A DNA stretch of 64,000 nucleotides from an uncultured delta proteobacterium (GCA_963760795.1 CAVXEP010000005.1:64001-128000); one strand, 5' to 3'; positions 42,744 through 53,148 are shown, counted from the stretch's first letter. Notes: generated by a model from the letters alone, not told the origin. Numbers and translations: made by a program.

Positions 42744-43259
42744 CTACCATCCATCCGTCCCAGGATCCCCTTTCCATGGACCGACAATTTCATTGGTTAT
42801 CCAACCGCCATAGAAATAACCCGGCTGCGGGCGCACGCGCTCGCCATCGACGAAACACTCGACGCGACCGGGATAGAAGGAAAAGTAATTGGCAATCGCG
42901 CCGTATGGGTCGTGCGCCGTAGGATAGCTCCAGGCGATGGCTTGCCGCGGCGCTGTCGGAGTTGCGAATGTCCAATATTGCGCCGCGCCTTTCCATTCGC
43001 AAATCGACGTGGCGGGAAACGGCTTCAGCAGTTCCGCGTGAACATCGTGCGGTGGAATGTAGAAGGTTGGCGGTCCCGCGGTCTCGAGGACGCGATAGGT
43101 TTCACGCGAGTCAGCGATGAGCAGGTCGCCGCGTTGGATGACGATGCGCCGATGGTCCGCAACTAGTTTGGGCGGTCGAGGATAATCCCAGACGGACTCC
43201 TGTCCGGGCGCCGGTGTTTCGGCAAATGGCGGCCGCTTATCGCCGGTATATTCCCACAT
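42744..43259 (-). CDS. DUF427 domain protein
   Basis: Intact paralog of 39697..40213. Confidence 0.88.
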   Translation of the reverse strand: MWEYTGDKRPPFAETPAPGQESVWDYPRPPKLVADHRRIVIQRGDLLIADSRETYRVLETAGPPTFYIPPHDVHAELLKPFPATSICEWKGAAQYWTFATPTAPRQAIAWSYPTAHDPYGAIANYFSFYPGRVECFVDGERVRPQPGYFYGGWITNEIVGPWKGDPGTDGW

Positions 43260-43607
43260 GCTTTTTTGCTTGGTCGGTTAACCCAGCCACCCTCACAAGC
43301 CGCAACCGCGAACACATATTTACTTTGAGATTCAGCAGTGACGGCGCGCGCCTGTTCTACTCTCCTGACCTAACTCAATGACCGATATAGTCAAGTGTCG
43401 CCTGCCATGATCCGCAGATGATTCTGTGCCAGGACTTGCTCATGAACCACTACCCCATTTTTCCTTTGCTTGACCGCATTCCCAGTCTTTAATAAACTCC
43501 GCGAATGTTTCGACCGTTGCGAATATTCCTATGAACTCCGGTATTTTTCGATCGGCCCAGTTAGCGACACGGCGATTTCTGGGTCAAGTATTTGGCGGGG
43601 AGGATTC

Positions 43608-43934
43608 ATGAGAGATGCCGGTTTGCCCATTACTCTGATTGTCATCGGCAGCGCGTGGTTGCTCTGGTACTACAGATTGTTTCCCGACATCGATTGGGTT
43701 ATCGCCGCGGGTCTTGTCCTGGGCGGCATCGCGATTTTGGTCATGGACGGAATCACCAAGAACTCGGTGGTCACTGGGCCGATTCTCATCGCCAGTGGTA
43801 TCGCCTGGGCGCTCCATGACCGGTGGCATGCGACCTGGTTCGTGTTATTGCCAATCCTACTTGTCTTGCTCGGGGTGCTCATGCTTATCGCCCGTCGAGA
43901 AAATATCCCGGAGCGGCGAGTGCGCCAAACCTAG
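43608..43934 (+). CDS. Small 4-TM membrane protein
   Basis: Paralog of 40418..40744; GGAGG RBS. Confidence 0.75.
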   Translation: MRDAGLPITLIVIGSAWLLWYYRLFPDIDWVIAAGLVLGGIAILVMDGITKNSVVTGPILIASGIAWALHDRWHATWFVLLPILLVLLGVLMLIARRENIPERRVRQT

Positions 43935-43975
43935 CTCCCCGACGGGCGCTCTGCTAAAGTATTTTCGCGCGCTTC

Positions 43976-45046
43976 TTACTCCTGCGTCATTTTACGTAAG
44001 GCATCCCGCACCGGTCCGGTAGCGGCGCGAAATACCGCGGTGTTAACCTTCGCCGCGTCCTCGCCGACAAAACTGACCAATTGAAATCGCAACATGCGTT
44101 CCGCCTCCGCTTTGAATTCGGGATTGTCGAAGGTATCGCGAAAACCTTTGCGCAGTGTCTCGATTGTTGTCGCCGGCGTCTTGGGTGGCGCGACGACAAA
44201 ACGACCGAGACTGCGTACCGCTCCGGAAATTTTGAAAGCGTCGGCTAACGGCCCTGAAAAATCGGCTTTCTTCGCGGCCCGAAAGAATTCCTTGAACGTC
44301 GGCAGGTCGGCGCGCGGATCGCGAACAATCTCGCCATCGGGAGCGGCCAAACCGTCTTGATAGATTGGCACCACGACACCCTCTCGCGCCATCATCGCGC
44401 CGCCCATGGTATAGCCGGTGAGACCCTCTGATGTGTAATTGATTTCGCCCCGCTGGACGGCCAGCCGAAGGTCGGCTTCGCCGGCGTAGCCCGTCACGTA
44501 ACGGTAAGGCACGCCGAGAAGATCGAGCGCCATGCGGAGCGCCAGATCTTTGTTGCTCTCGCGGGTGAATCCGCCGATGATGATCGGCTTGGTCGGTTTG
44601 AGAATTTCCCCGGGACCTTTCACCCCGGTATCGGCGCGAATGTAAACCACCGAGGTTTCGCCAACGCCCGCGATCATCGGCATTTTGTTGAGATCGAAGC
44701 GGACGCCCGCGCCGCCGAGTATCTGCGGCAGATAGCCACCGGAGAAAACTCCGACGGTCAAGCCATCGGGATTGGCGACCTCGTACACGTAGTTGGCGCC
44801 GACATTGCCCCCGCCGCCAGGCATGTTCTGAACCGCCACCGTCGGGTTGCCGGCAAGATGCTTGCCCAAATATCTAGAGACCAGCCTGGCGACCACATCG
44901 GTGGCCCCTCCGGTAGGATAGTTAACCAGCAAGCGGACGGTCTTGCCTTTGTAGAACGTCTCCTGGGCGGGCACCGGCCGACTTGCCAAAAAAAAGCCGA
45001 GACCGATCGCGGCAGCAGAAAAAATCAAACAGCCTCTGCGCGCCAT
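43976..45046 (-). CDS. Bug/TctC-like substrate-binding protein
   Basis: FYKGKT, GGATD, VQNMPGGGG, PDGLT, VQRGE. Confidence 0.87.
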   Translation of the reverse strand: MARRGCLIFSAAAIGLGFFLASRPVPAQETFYKGKTVRLLVNYPTGGATDVVARLVSRYLGKHLAGNPTVAVQNMPGGGGNVGANYVYEVANPDGLTVGVFSGGYLPQILGGAGVRFDLNKMPMIAGVGETSVVYIRADTGVKGPGEILKPTKPIIIGGFTRESNKDLALRMALDLLGVPYRYVTGYAGEADLRLAVQRGEINYTSEGLTGYTMGGAMMAREGVVVPIYQDGLAAPDGEIVRDPRADLPTFKEFFRAAKKADFSGPLADAFKISGAVRSLGRFVVAPPKTPATTIETLRKGFRDTFDNPEFKAEAERMLRFQLVSFVGEDAAKVNTAVFRAATGPVRDALRKMTQE

Positions 45047-45179
45047 TGTGCTTCCTCCTTTTTGAGAGGTCGCTATCGAGCCTGGGTTGGTCAACTGCGC
45101 CGAACTCATGCAGTCCGACAATCCGGCAATCCCGGCCAATTTCATACCGGAAGATCACGAAGAAGAAACCGATAACGAA

Positions 45180-45809
45180 CTATTCCACTGACACGCTCTC
45201 CTCACTCTCGACACTTTTTTTAACCGTCGGGCGCTGCATCATGCGCTCCCGCCATGACGTGTAGGCACCGAGATCCGTCATGGGAAATCCGCTGCGCGCG
45301 CCCCAGCCGTAGAAGACCAGCGCATAGCCATCGACGGCGGTGAACTCTTTGCCCATGATCCAGCCGTTTGCTTGGATCATCGAGTCGATCTCCTGGAGAT
45401 TGGCCCAGAACGATTTCCGGCCGTTTTCCTTGACCGCGGCGTGCGCCACTTCGCTGTCGGCGAAACGCTCGGGCCGATGGAAGCGCTGGTACGACGGATG
45501 GACGACGCTCGAGAACCAGCACATGGTGCCGATGCAGCGCGCCTCCTCGGCCGGATCGGAAGGCATCAGCTTTTTGTCCGGAAATCGCCGCGCCAGATAA
45601 GTGAGGATTCCGGTGTTCTCGACCAGGATCTTGCCGTCGACGCTGAGCGCCGGGACTTTACCGCGCGGGTTGATCTTCAGATAGTCCGCGGTGCGCTGCT
45701 GCCCCTTGGCCAGCAGGATCGGTTTGGCCTCGTAGGGCGCGCCGGTTTCTTCCAGACCGATATGCGAAGCCAAAGAACATGCGCCAGGACTGAAATAGAG
45801 CGTCATCAT
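45180..45809 (-). CDS. Glutathione S-transferase (beta class-like)
   Basis: LYFSPGACSLASHI, INPRGKVPAL, FTAVDGY. Confidence 0.92.
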   Translation of the reverse strand: MMTLYFSPGACSLASHIGLEETGAPYEAKPILLAKGQQRTADYLKINPRGKVPALSVDGKILVENTGILTYLARRFPDKKLMPSDPAEEARCIGTMCWFSSVVHPSYQRFHRPERFADSEVAHAAVKENGRKSFWANLQEIDSMIQANGWIMGKEFTAVDGYALVFYGWGARSGFPMTDLGAYTSWRERMMQRPTVKKSVESEESVSVE

Positions 45810-45975
45810 GGGAACACCTCCGGTTTTGTTGAGTTGAATTAGCGTAGCGCACCGTCGAGCAGACGATCCACGCCGCGTCACTACGATTTTTTGCGACAGT
45901 AAGCGCTAACGAGCGATCCTGTCAACCTGACATCAGTTGCGTATCACTTTGATAATCATTTGACCTCTCGGATAA

Positions 45976-46299
45976 GCTCGGATTCAAATACGGATTGGAG
46001 AGATGAACAACGATCTGGTCGCCGCCGAGATTCAGCTCAACGACATGCTGCGCATCGCCGACAATCACGATTTCGAAGCCATCGACCAAAATGGCCATGA
46101 TATTCTGGCGCGCAAAACCAATGTGGCGAGCGGCGCCATCGGCGTCGTCACCAAGGCGATGGAAATCGTCGGCGGTGCGGGATTTTTTCGAAGTTTCGGT
46201 CTCGAGCGGCTGTTCCGCGACGTTCAAGCCGCGCGCATCCATCCGCTGCCGGAAAGCGAGCAGGTGAAATTTTCCGGCGAGTACCTATTGCGGGACTGA
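45976..46299 (+). pseudogene. C-terminal fragment of an acyl-CoA dehydrogenase-like protein
   Basis: AMEIVGGAGFF..LERLFRDVQAARIHP; N-terminal domains absent. Confidence 0.7.
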
Positions 46300-46371
46300 C
46301 GCAGTTCGCGCCGGGCGGCAGGTTGGCTTGACTGTAGAGAGCGGCCTGCCGCCCCGGCACACCGCATCGCC

Positions 46372-46962
46372 TCACTCGCGGAAGCGCCGCGTGGCAGCGG
46401 CGGCGGCTTCTTTTATTCCGGGCAGAGGACAGAAATTGTTCGCCTCTACGCCGAAGACCGGGTTGAACTTGCTGCGAAAGTTCTCGAGCGCGATGACCGC
46501 GGCCAATTCGACTAATTCCTCGTCGGTAAAATGCTTCTTGAGACGATTGAAAAACTTATCCGTGACCCGTTTACCCGTGTAGGTCATACGCTCGGCCAGC
46601 TCCAGCGCCAGCCGCTCACGCAAGGAAAACAATGGATTTTTCTTGTAATCGCCCAATGCCGCTTCGACCTTTTCCGCCGCCGCGCCGTTTTGCATCGCCC
46701 CGGATGCATTACTATCAATTCAATAGGGACAGCCATTGATATGGGCGGTCCTGACGCAGACCAGGTTGCGTAACTCCTGCGCGATCAGTCCTGATTCCTG
46801 AATACCCTGGGCAAGCGCCTGAACTCCCTTCTGAATCGTCGGCCTGACGGCGGACACCTGCGCCGCGTTTGAGACGAACCCATGACGTTTCTTCTGCTCT
46901 GCGAAAATCTGCCGCACGTCATCATTGGCATCACTTTCCGTTACCCCTTTGATCCTGGCCAT
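46372..46962 (-). CDS. AhpD/carboxymuconolactone decarboxylase family selenoprotein (CxxU), 196 aa
   Basis: ORFs 46720..46962 and 46372..46695 are in frame, separated only by TGA (46720-46722) in NGCPY-U-IDSN, the AhpD CxxC position; SECIS-like hairpin follows. Confidence 0.85.
46691..46708 (-). promoter_or_regulatory. Putative bacterial SECIS element
   Basis: mRNA reads UGA, 11 nt, then UGCAUC-CGGGGC-GAUGCA: a perfect 6-bp stem with a G-rich apical loop. Confidence 0.72.
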
Positions 46963-47169
46963 ACATTTCCCCTCTGTTTCCTTCGATGCTGAGAGTACGA
47001 GACGACGCCCGCATTCTGCTCATGCACTCTGCGATCTTTGCTAGAAAATCCGCCCCGGTGGCGCAGCCCTGTGCGATCAGCAGCGTTGCCAGCTAATCCG
47101 TTTGAGGCCAAATGCGCTATCAACCTCGACGCGCTCTTGGGGCGAATGGAAAACCCGTCAGGCGCGTGT

Positions 47170-47577
47170 TTAAACGCTGCCGTAGAGCTGCTCGGGGGTA
47201 ACTAGAATCAGGCTGCGCTGCTCCTCGCGCATTTGCTTGGCAAATTCCTCGTCAGTCCCCTTGGTTCGTCCCATCGAAACGTAAAAGTCCTTCAGGCGCT
47301 TGATGTGCGCCGGCGTGTCTTGCCAAGGTTCGATGGACGCCGGCCCTTCGACGGTGACGTAACGCCGGTTTTCGAGTTTGATGACCGTGATCGTCGCTCG
47401 GCCCGTTCGTTCGATGTTTTTAGCCTTGACGGTACGCGGCCGCGCCGCGACGCCGACCTTGCCGTCCAGCACCGCAGTCGAGACGATGGTCGCCTGTGCA
47501 CGGCCTTTCGGCGTGACAGTCGCCGCGACACCAGTATGATTTTCCTGCAACAGGGGAAGCGCTTCTTTCCATTCCAT
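47170..47577 (-). CDS. Pyridoxamine 5'-phosphate oxidase-like (possibly F420-dependent) protein
   Basis: ATVTPKGRAQAT, KAKNIER, YVTVEG, MREEQRSLI. Confidence 0.75.
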   Translation of the reverse strand: MEWKEALPLLQENHTGVAATVTPKGRAQATIVSTAVLDGKVGVAARPRTVKAKNIERTGRATITVIKLENRRYVTVEGPASIEPWQDTPAHIKRLKDFYVSMGRTKGTDEEFAKQMREEQRSLILVTPEQLYGSV

Positions 47578-47734
47578 CTGATCGTTCCTCCGAACGTTGA
47601 AGTATTGGCGGCTTAACCGCGATCAACTCGGCAGCTATAACCCTGCCCACGGCGATGAGTCAAGGTGTAATCGCAACCTTTGCGCCCTAGCGTGCTTGGC
47701 GCGAGACATTGCGAATTTTACCGCACCCCAGTTC

Positions 47735-48050
47735 CGTAGGATGGGTGGAGCGCAGCGATACCCATCATCCCAGCGTAGTCTAGCGGCGCGTGTAAAACGC
47801 GGGTTAGAAAACCCGCGCTCCTTTCGGGATCGATACCGTCAAGCATTTTGAACGACTTGAACGGCTCTTAACGATGTGAACCTTCGTGGTGAGCCAGCTT
47901 TCCGAGGTGGAAAACCTTTTTCGATTGCGATAAGTGAAACTGTATCCTTTCGTCATACCAGTTCGGTCGACGCGGCTTCGCGTTCGCGGGATGTCAGTAA
48001 CTTGGACCGAGCCCAGAACCTGGATTGCCGCGTTCGCGGGAATGACGAAG
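47735..48050. repeat. Cluster of REP-like elements
   Basis: GTAGGATGGGTGGAGCGCAGCGATACCCATC; GCGGGTTAGAAAACCCGC; CTGGATTGCCGCGTTCGCGGGAATGAC. Confidence 0.7.
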
Positions 48051-48086
48051 GAGCGAACTTCTCGGTTCGGAATCGGCATAAATCAA

Positions 48087-49272
48087 ATGATCTCCGGCGC
48101 TCTCGAAGGATTTACTTGTATCGATGTCAGCGGCCATGTGGCCGGGCCCTACGCCGGCAGCTTGCTCGGCGACTTGGGCTGCGAAGTGATCAAAGTCGAG
48201 CTGCCCAACGGCGGCGACACCCACCGCGGGCGCAATCCCAAATACGACGGCTACGGTCCGAGTTTCCGCGCGCTCAATCGAAATAAAAAAAGCCTCACCC
48301 TCAACCTGCGCGACAAAAAAGCCCGTGAGATTTTGCACCAACTGCTCGCAACTGCGGATATTTTCCTGGAAAACTTCCGCCCGCCGACGCGCCAACAGCT
48401 GGGCCTCGACTACGACGACCTGGCGAAAGTTAATCCCAAACTGATCCACTGCTCGATCTCCGGCTACGGCCAGAGCGGCCCGTACCGAGACAAACCCGGC
48501 TTCGACACCATCGGCCAGGCGTTGAGCGGCATGATGAGTCTGGTCACCGATCTCGACGATCCCAAAGTCGCCGGCATCTCCTTCGTCGACCACTCGGCCG
48601 GCATCTTCGCCGCCCACGGCATCATGGCGGCGCTGCTCGCCCGCGGCCAAAACCGGAGTTGGGCCAGTTCATCGATGTCTCGCTCTTGCAAGTCGCCATC
48701 GCATTTATCGAGTCCCATGTTTCGGATTACTTGAACGGCGGCGAAGCGGTGTCGCGGGATAACTTTCCCAAGGGGCAGAATTTACAGCCTGCTCGATTGT
48801 GATAAGAAACCGTTCATGGTGCATCTGTCCGGCCACAACCAAGCTTGGGAAGGCCTGCTCAAAGCCGGCGAACTCGACGAGCGCGTCGGCGATCCGCGCT
48901 TCGCCACGCGCAAGCAGCGCAGCGATCGCCATGACGAGATCGTCGCCATGCTGCGCGACGGCGTTCGTCAAGAAACGCCGCGACTACTGGCTGCCGCGCC
49001 TCGACGCCAACAGCATCCCCAACGCGCCGATCAACACGATTCAGGAAGTGTTCGACAACCCGCAGATCAAACATCTGGGCATTCCCAAACAGATCGAGCA
49101 TCCCAAGATGGGCGTGAGCAATCTGGTCGGCAGCCCGATCAACATGTCCGGCACACCGCCAAAATTTTTTCGCGCCGCGCCGCTGCTCGGGGAAAATACC
49201 GAAGAAATATTGGCCAAGTTGGGTTACGACCGGCAATGCTGTTAAGGAATTGAAGGCAATGGAGTGATATGA
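48087..49272 (+). CDS. Class III CoA-transferase (CaiB/BaiF), several frameshifts
   Basis: AGPYAG..LGDLGCEVIKVE, NRNKKSL, ENFRP, ISGYGQSGP, APLLGENT, ends GVI*. Confidence 0.85.
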
Positions 49273-49350
49273 AATTCAGTTACGAGTTTGGCGTTACGGG
49301 TTTCGTCTTACTCGAAGCCGAAACTGTGAACGACTGAAAAGGAGTGAATC

Positions 49351-50565
49351 ATGGATTTTAACGTCAGTGCAGATCCACCCCAGGTGGTGGAGTTTCGCAA
49401 AGAGGTCGGCGCTTGGCTTGCCGAGCAGTTTAAAGGCAACGAGCATCTGCGCTGGTCGGCCTCCTGGTCGACCCGCGAGGATGCCGACGAGTACAAGTTC
49501 CGCCGCGGCCTGGCCGAAAAGCTCGGCGCCAAGGGCTGGCTGTTCCCGCTCTATCCCAAACAATACGGCGGCGCTGAACTCACCGTCGATCATCAGATGG
49601 TGCTGGAAACCGAGCTGTTCAAGTACGGCCTCAATCTCTCGCACACGTTTTACACCTTGGCGCGCATCGTCGCGCCGGTGTTGATCCGCTGGGGCACGGA
49701 GGAACAGAAGGCGGAATTCTTGCCGGCCATCACCAAGGCGCAAATCTGCGTCTGGCAGGTGCTCACCGAGCCCCATGGCGGCAGCGACATCGCCAACTGT
49801 CAGACCAAGGCGATCCGCGACGGCGATCACTATGTCGTCAACGGTCAAAAAGTCATGGTCGGCCACCACCTGCCGCCGGATTATCTGTGGACGCTGGTGT
49901 GCACCAACCCCCAGGGCAAACGCCATGAAAATCTCGCCTGGCTGCATATCCCGGCCAATCTTCCCGGCATCACGATTCAACATATGAACTTGATGATGGG
50001 CATCAAAAACGCCGTGTTCTTCGACAACGTCCGCGTGCCGGCGAAATACCTGATCGGCGGCGAGAACAACGGCTGGAAAGTCGCCAGCACCCACATGGAG
50101 TTGGAACATGGCGGCGACGGCCGCATCGCCGTCGACCCATTGATCGAACGGGTGGTCGAGTACTGCCGCAATACCCACATCGACGGCAAACCGATCATCG
50201 AAGATCCGCGCGTGCGCGACCTGGTCGCCGACATGACCATCGAGTTGAACACCCTGCGCCGCTTCAATCAATTAATCTACTGGTGCCGCTTCGCCAAGAA
50301 GCCGCATCCCTACGGCGGCCCGCAACAACGTTATTTTCAGCGCATGTTGCGCCTGCGCAACGGCGAGCGCTTGCAGGCGATCATGGGCGCCGACGCCCTG
50401 GTGCAAAATCTATCGGTGCACGAAGTCATCGACTTCGAGTACGCCGTGCGCACCGGCCCCGGCCAGCTCCATGGCGGCGGCACATTGGACACCGACCGGT
50501 TGATCTTCGCCCGTCGTCTCGGCCTCGGCCGTCCGACCAAGGAAACCGCGCCGGAGACGCATTAA
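49351..50565 (+). CDS. Acyl-CoA dehydrogenase (FadE26-like subunit)
   Basis: LTEPHGGSD, VNGQK, VFFDNVRVP, GGENNGW, GGGT. Confidence 0.88.
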   Translation: MDFNVSADPPQVVEFRKEVGAWLAEQFKGNEHLRWSASWSTREDADEYKFRRGLAEKLGAKGWLFPLYPKQYGGAELTVDHQMVLETELFKYGLNLSHTFYTLARIVAPVLIRWGTEEQKAEFLPAITKAQICVWQVLTEPHGGSDIANCQTKAIRDGDHYVVNGQKVMVGHHLPPDYLWTLVCTNPQGKRHENLAWLHIPANLPGITIQHMNLMMGIKNAVFFDNVRVPAKYLIGGENNGWKVASTHMELEHGGDGRIAVDPLIERVVEYCRNTHIDGKPIIEDPRVRDLVADMTIELNTLRRFNQLIYWCRFAKKPHPYGGPQQRYFQRMLRLRNGERLQAIMGADALVQNLSVHEVIDFEYAVRTGPGQLHGGGTLDTDRLIFARRLGLGRPTKETAPETH

Positions 50566-50599
50566 TTGGACATGGGGCGACAGATAACAATTGGCACAT

Positions 50600-50673
50600 C
50601 TGGAACCATTGGAACGATTGAAACATGAGCTGTTTTCGTTCCAGAGGTTCCATAAGGTTCCAATGGTTCCAAA
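50600..50673. repeat. GGAAC/GTTCC palindromic intergenic repeat
   Basis: TGGAACCATTGGAAC ... GTTCCAATGGTTCCA. Confidence 0.65.
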
Positions 50674-50688
50674 CGTAGGAGAAAAGAA

Positions 50689-51810
50689 ATGGATTTAGGT
50701 TTAACCGAAGACCAAGAGATGTTGAAAAAGGTTGCGGCGGATTTTGTCAAAGCCGAAGTGCCGGCGCACCAGATGACCCAGTGGTACAAAAACAAGCAAG
50801 TGTTTAGACCGGAAATTTTAAAGAAAGCCGCCGAGCTCGGCTGGTTGGGCATGATGTTGCCGGAGGAATGGGGCGGCGCCGGCTTAGCGCCCATGGACTG
50901 CGCCGTGGTGTTCGAGCAGTTGGGCCATGGCCCGGTGCCGGGGCCGCTGTTCACCTCGGGCATACTCAGCGCCCAGATGATTTTTGAAGCCTGTACCGAC
51001 GCGCAAAGAAATGCTTTGCTGCCGGCGCTGTGCAGCGGCAAGTCGATCGTCATACCGGCGATCGTCGACCAGTCGGCCTACTGGGGACCGGAAGCGGTGG
51101 AAACCCGCCTGAGCAAAACCCCCAGTGGCTATTTGATCAACGGCACCAAGCGTTTCGTCTTTGACGCCGACGCGGCGACGAGCTTTCTCTGCGCCGCGCG
51201 CAGCGAGGAAGGCAAAGTGGTTTTCTTGCTGGTCGACGCCAAGAGCCCCGGCATCACGGTGACCCAGCATATCGGCTTCTTTGTCTCGGTGTTTGAAGTG
51301 CGCTTCAACAATGTCGCAGTCAGCGCCGACAACCTGCTCGGCTCCAGCGGCGCCAGTTGGGCGACCCTGGAAAATGCCCTCGACAAAGCGCTGCCGATTT
51401 TGTCCGCCTACCAAGTCGGCGCCACCCAGGAAGTCTTTGACTTCACCTGCGAGTACACCCGCACCCGCGTGGTCTTCGGCCAACCCATCGGCCGCTTCCA
51501 ACGGGTGCAAGATCACTGCGTCGATATTTCGATCTGTTTGGACACGGCGCGCTGGGCCACCTACGAAGCGATCTGGCGCCTGGAAGCCGGCATGGACGCC
51601 CGCGCCGGCGTGCATGAAGCTAAAGCCACCGCCAGCGATGGGTATTATCACGGCACCAACTATGCGCACATGGTCTGGGCCGGACCGGGCACGGATTACA
51701 GCCACCCGATGATGGCGCACAGCGTCCTCGCCCATACGCTGTATCAATATCTCGGCACGCCCGGTCATCATAAGCGCTTGATGGTCGACGCGTTGTATCC
51801 GCGGGCGTAG
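50689..51810 (+). CDS. Acyl-CoA dehydrogenase (FadE27-like partner subunit)
   Basis: LTEDQEML, LGWLG..LPEEWGGAG, NGTKRFV, RVVFGQPIGRFQ. Confidence 0.88.
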   Translation: MDLGLTEDQEMLKKVAADFVKAEVPAHQMTQWYKNKQVFRPEILKKAAELGWLGMMLPEEWGGAGLAPMDCAVVFEQLGHGPVPGPLFTSGILSAQMIFEACTDAQRNALLPALCSGKSIVIPAIVDQSAYWGPEAVETRLSKTPSGYLINGTKRFVFDADAATSFLCAARSEEGKVVFLLVDAKSPGITVTQHIGFFVSVFEVRFNNVAVSADNLLGSSGASWATLENALDKALPILSAYQVGATQEVFDFTCEYTRTRVVFGQPIGRFQRVQDHCVDISICLDTARWATYEAIWRLEAGMDARAGVHEAKATASDGYYHGTNYAHMVWAGPGTDYSHPMMAHSVLAHTLYQYLGTPGHHKRLMVDALYPRA

Positions 51811-51821
51811 AGCTGATTGGG

Positions 51822-51900
51822 TCGAGGATGGAGGATTGAGGATGGATAATCGCCCGTTTCGCTCCCCGCCATCCTCGATCATCTATCCTCCATCCTCGAC
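51822..51900. repeat. GAGGAT/ATCCTC palindromic intergenic repeat
   Basis: GAGGATGGAGGATTGAGGATGG...CCATCCTCG..ATCCTCCATCCTCG; related sequence at ~9200-9262. Confidence 0.65.
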
Positions 51901-51924
51901 CGCGGCGGAGCTACGAGAACTAAT

Positions 51925-52935
51925 ATGAGATTCCATTTCCATTTTCTCGCGCCACTGGCTCTCATCGCGGTTACAACCGCCGCCACCCCGCTGTACGCGC
52001 AATCCCAATCCGCCCTCATCGACGGCGCCAAGAAGGAAGGCAAACTCACTTGGTACACTTCGATGGCGGTGGATACTTCGAAGCCGGTGCTCGATGCCTT
52101 TGTCAAAGAGCACCCGTTCATCAAACCGGAACTGGTGCGATTGGGCGAAGAACAATTGGTCAATCGCATCTTGAGCGAGACCCGCGCCGGGCGCTGGGCT
52201 TTCGATGTCCTATCGACAAGCTCGATCGCGACGATGATCGAGCGCAAGATGATCACGCCTTATCTCGCTCCCGATCGCGATCTTTTTATGGATCAATTCA
52301 AAGATCCCCAGGGCTACTGGACCGGCGTGTTCGTCAACAATCTGGTGCTCGCATTCAATACCAAGATGCTCGCCGCCAAAGACGCGCCGAAGAGTTATGA
52401 GGATCTGCTCCAGCCAAAATGGAAAGGGCAGATGCTCATGGACTCCACCGACTACGACTGGTTCGGTACGTTGATGACGGTGTGGGGCCGGGAAAAGACC
52501 GTCAAGTACATGCAGCAGCTCGCCAAGCAAGACCCGCTCTGGCGCCGCGGCCACGGCTTGACCGCACAACTCGTAGGCGCCGGCGAAGTGCCGCTGGCGT
52601 GGGCCTATAACTTCCGCATCGAAAGAATGAAGAGCGACGGCGCGCCAGTGGATTGGATCGAAAGCTTCGATCCGATCGTCGTGACCATCAGCGGCATAGC
52701 GCTTAGCGCCAAGGCAACCAGCCCCAACGCCGCCAAGCTGCTGATCAACTTCGCGACTTCGCGCAAGGGCCAGGAAATGATCCGCGAGATGCGCCGCATC
52801 CCGGCGCGCACCGACGTCAAACCGCTGGCGGCGAAAATGGACCAAAGCAAATTGAAGTTGAAAGCGGTGCCCAAAGAGGTGTACTCAGGACTGGACGATC
52901 ACGCGCGCGAGTTTCGCAAGATATTCGGCATGTAA
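51925..52935 (+). CDS. Extracellular solute-binding protein (AfuA/FbpA-type)
   Basis: GAKKEGKLTWYTS, PKSYEDLLQPKWKG, GAPVDW, PNAAKLLINF. Confidence 0.87.
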   Translation: MRFHFHFLAPLALIAVTTAATPLYAQSQSALIDGAKKEGKLTWYTSMAVDTSKPVLDAFVKEHPFIKPELVRLGEEQLVNRILSETRAGRWAFDVLSTSSIATMIERKMITPYLAPDRDLFMDQFKDPQGYWTGVFVNNLVLAFNTKMLAAKDAPKSYEDLLQPKWKGQMLMDSTDYDWFGTLMTVWGREKTVKYMQQLAKQDPLWRRGHGLTAQLVGAGEVPLAWAYNFRIERMKSDGAPVDWIESFDPIVVTISGIALSAKATSPNAAKLLINFATSRKGQEMIREMRRIPARTDVKPLAAKMDQSKLKLKAVPKEVYSGLDDHAREFRKIFGM

Positions 52936-52979
52936 CCTAGCACGGCACTAAGCGCAAGCAAATGGAAAAGAGCAATTCA

Positions 52980-53049
52980 CCACGAAGGACACGAAGGTTC
53001 GGCATAACCGATACTCCGAACTTCGTGCGCTTCGTGTCCTTCGTGGTGA
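52980..53049. repeat. CACGAAG palindromic intergenic repeat
   Basis: CACGAAGGACACGAAG...CTTCGTGTCCTTCGTG. Confidence 0.75.
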
Positions 53050-53148
53050 GATGGATTTTCTCATAGCGCGCGACTACTTCGGACAACGGGTTAGGACAAT
53101 TTGCCCAGGCGGAGAAACTTTCAGGATAGCGATACAAGGAGAAACAAG

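Larger units (their letters stand above)
42691..43948 (+). repeat. Copy 2 of duplicated unit
   Basis: Matches 39643-40760, with an extra 141 bp at 43328-43468. Confidence 0.9.

Noticed and set aside
47934-48086. N-terminal extension of the CoA-transferase (FVIP...WIAAFAGMT)
   Set aside because: It is a translation of a REP-like palindrome; family homology starts at ATG 48087.
14522-51882. Long antisense ORFs (e.g. 14522..15538, 25790..26815, 49294..50271, 50884..51882)
   Set aside because: Shadow frames of GC-rich genes on the opposite strand, with no protein motifs.
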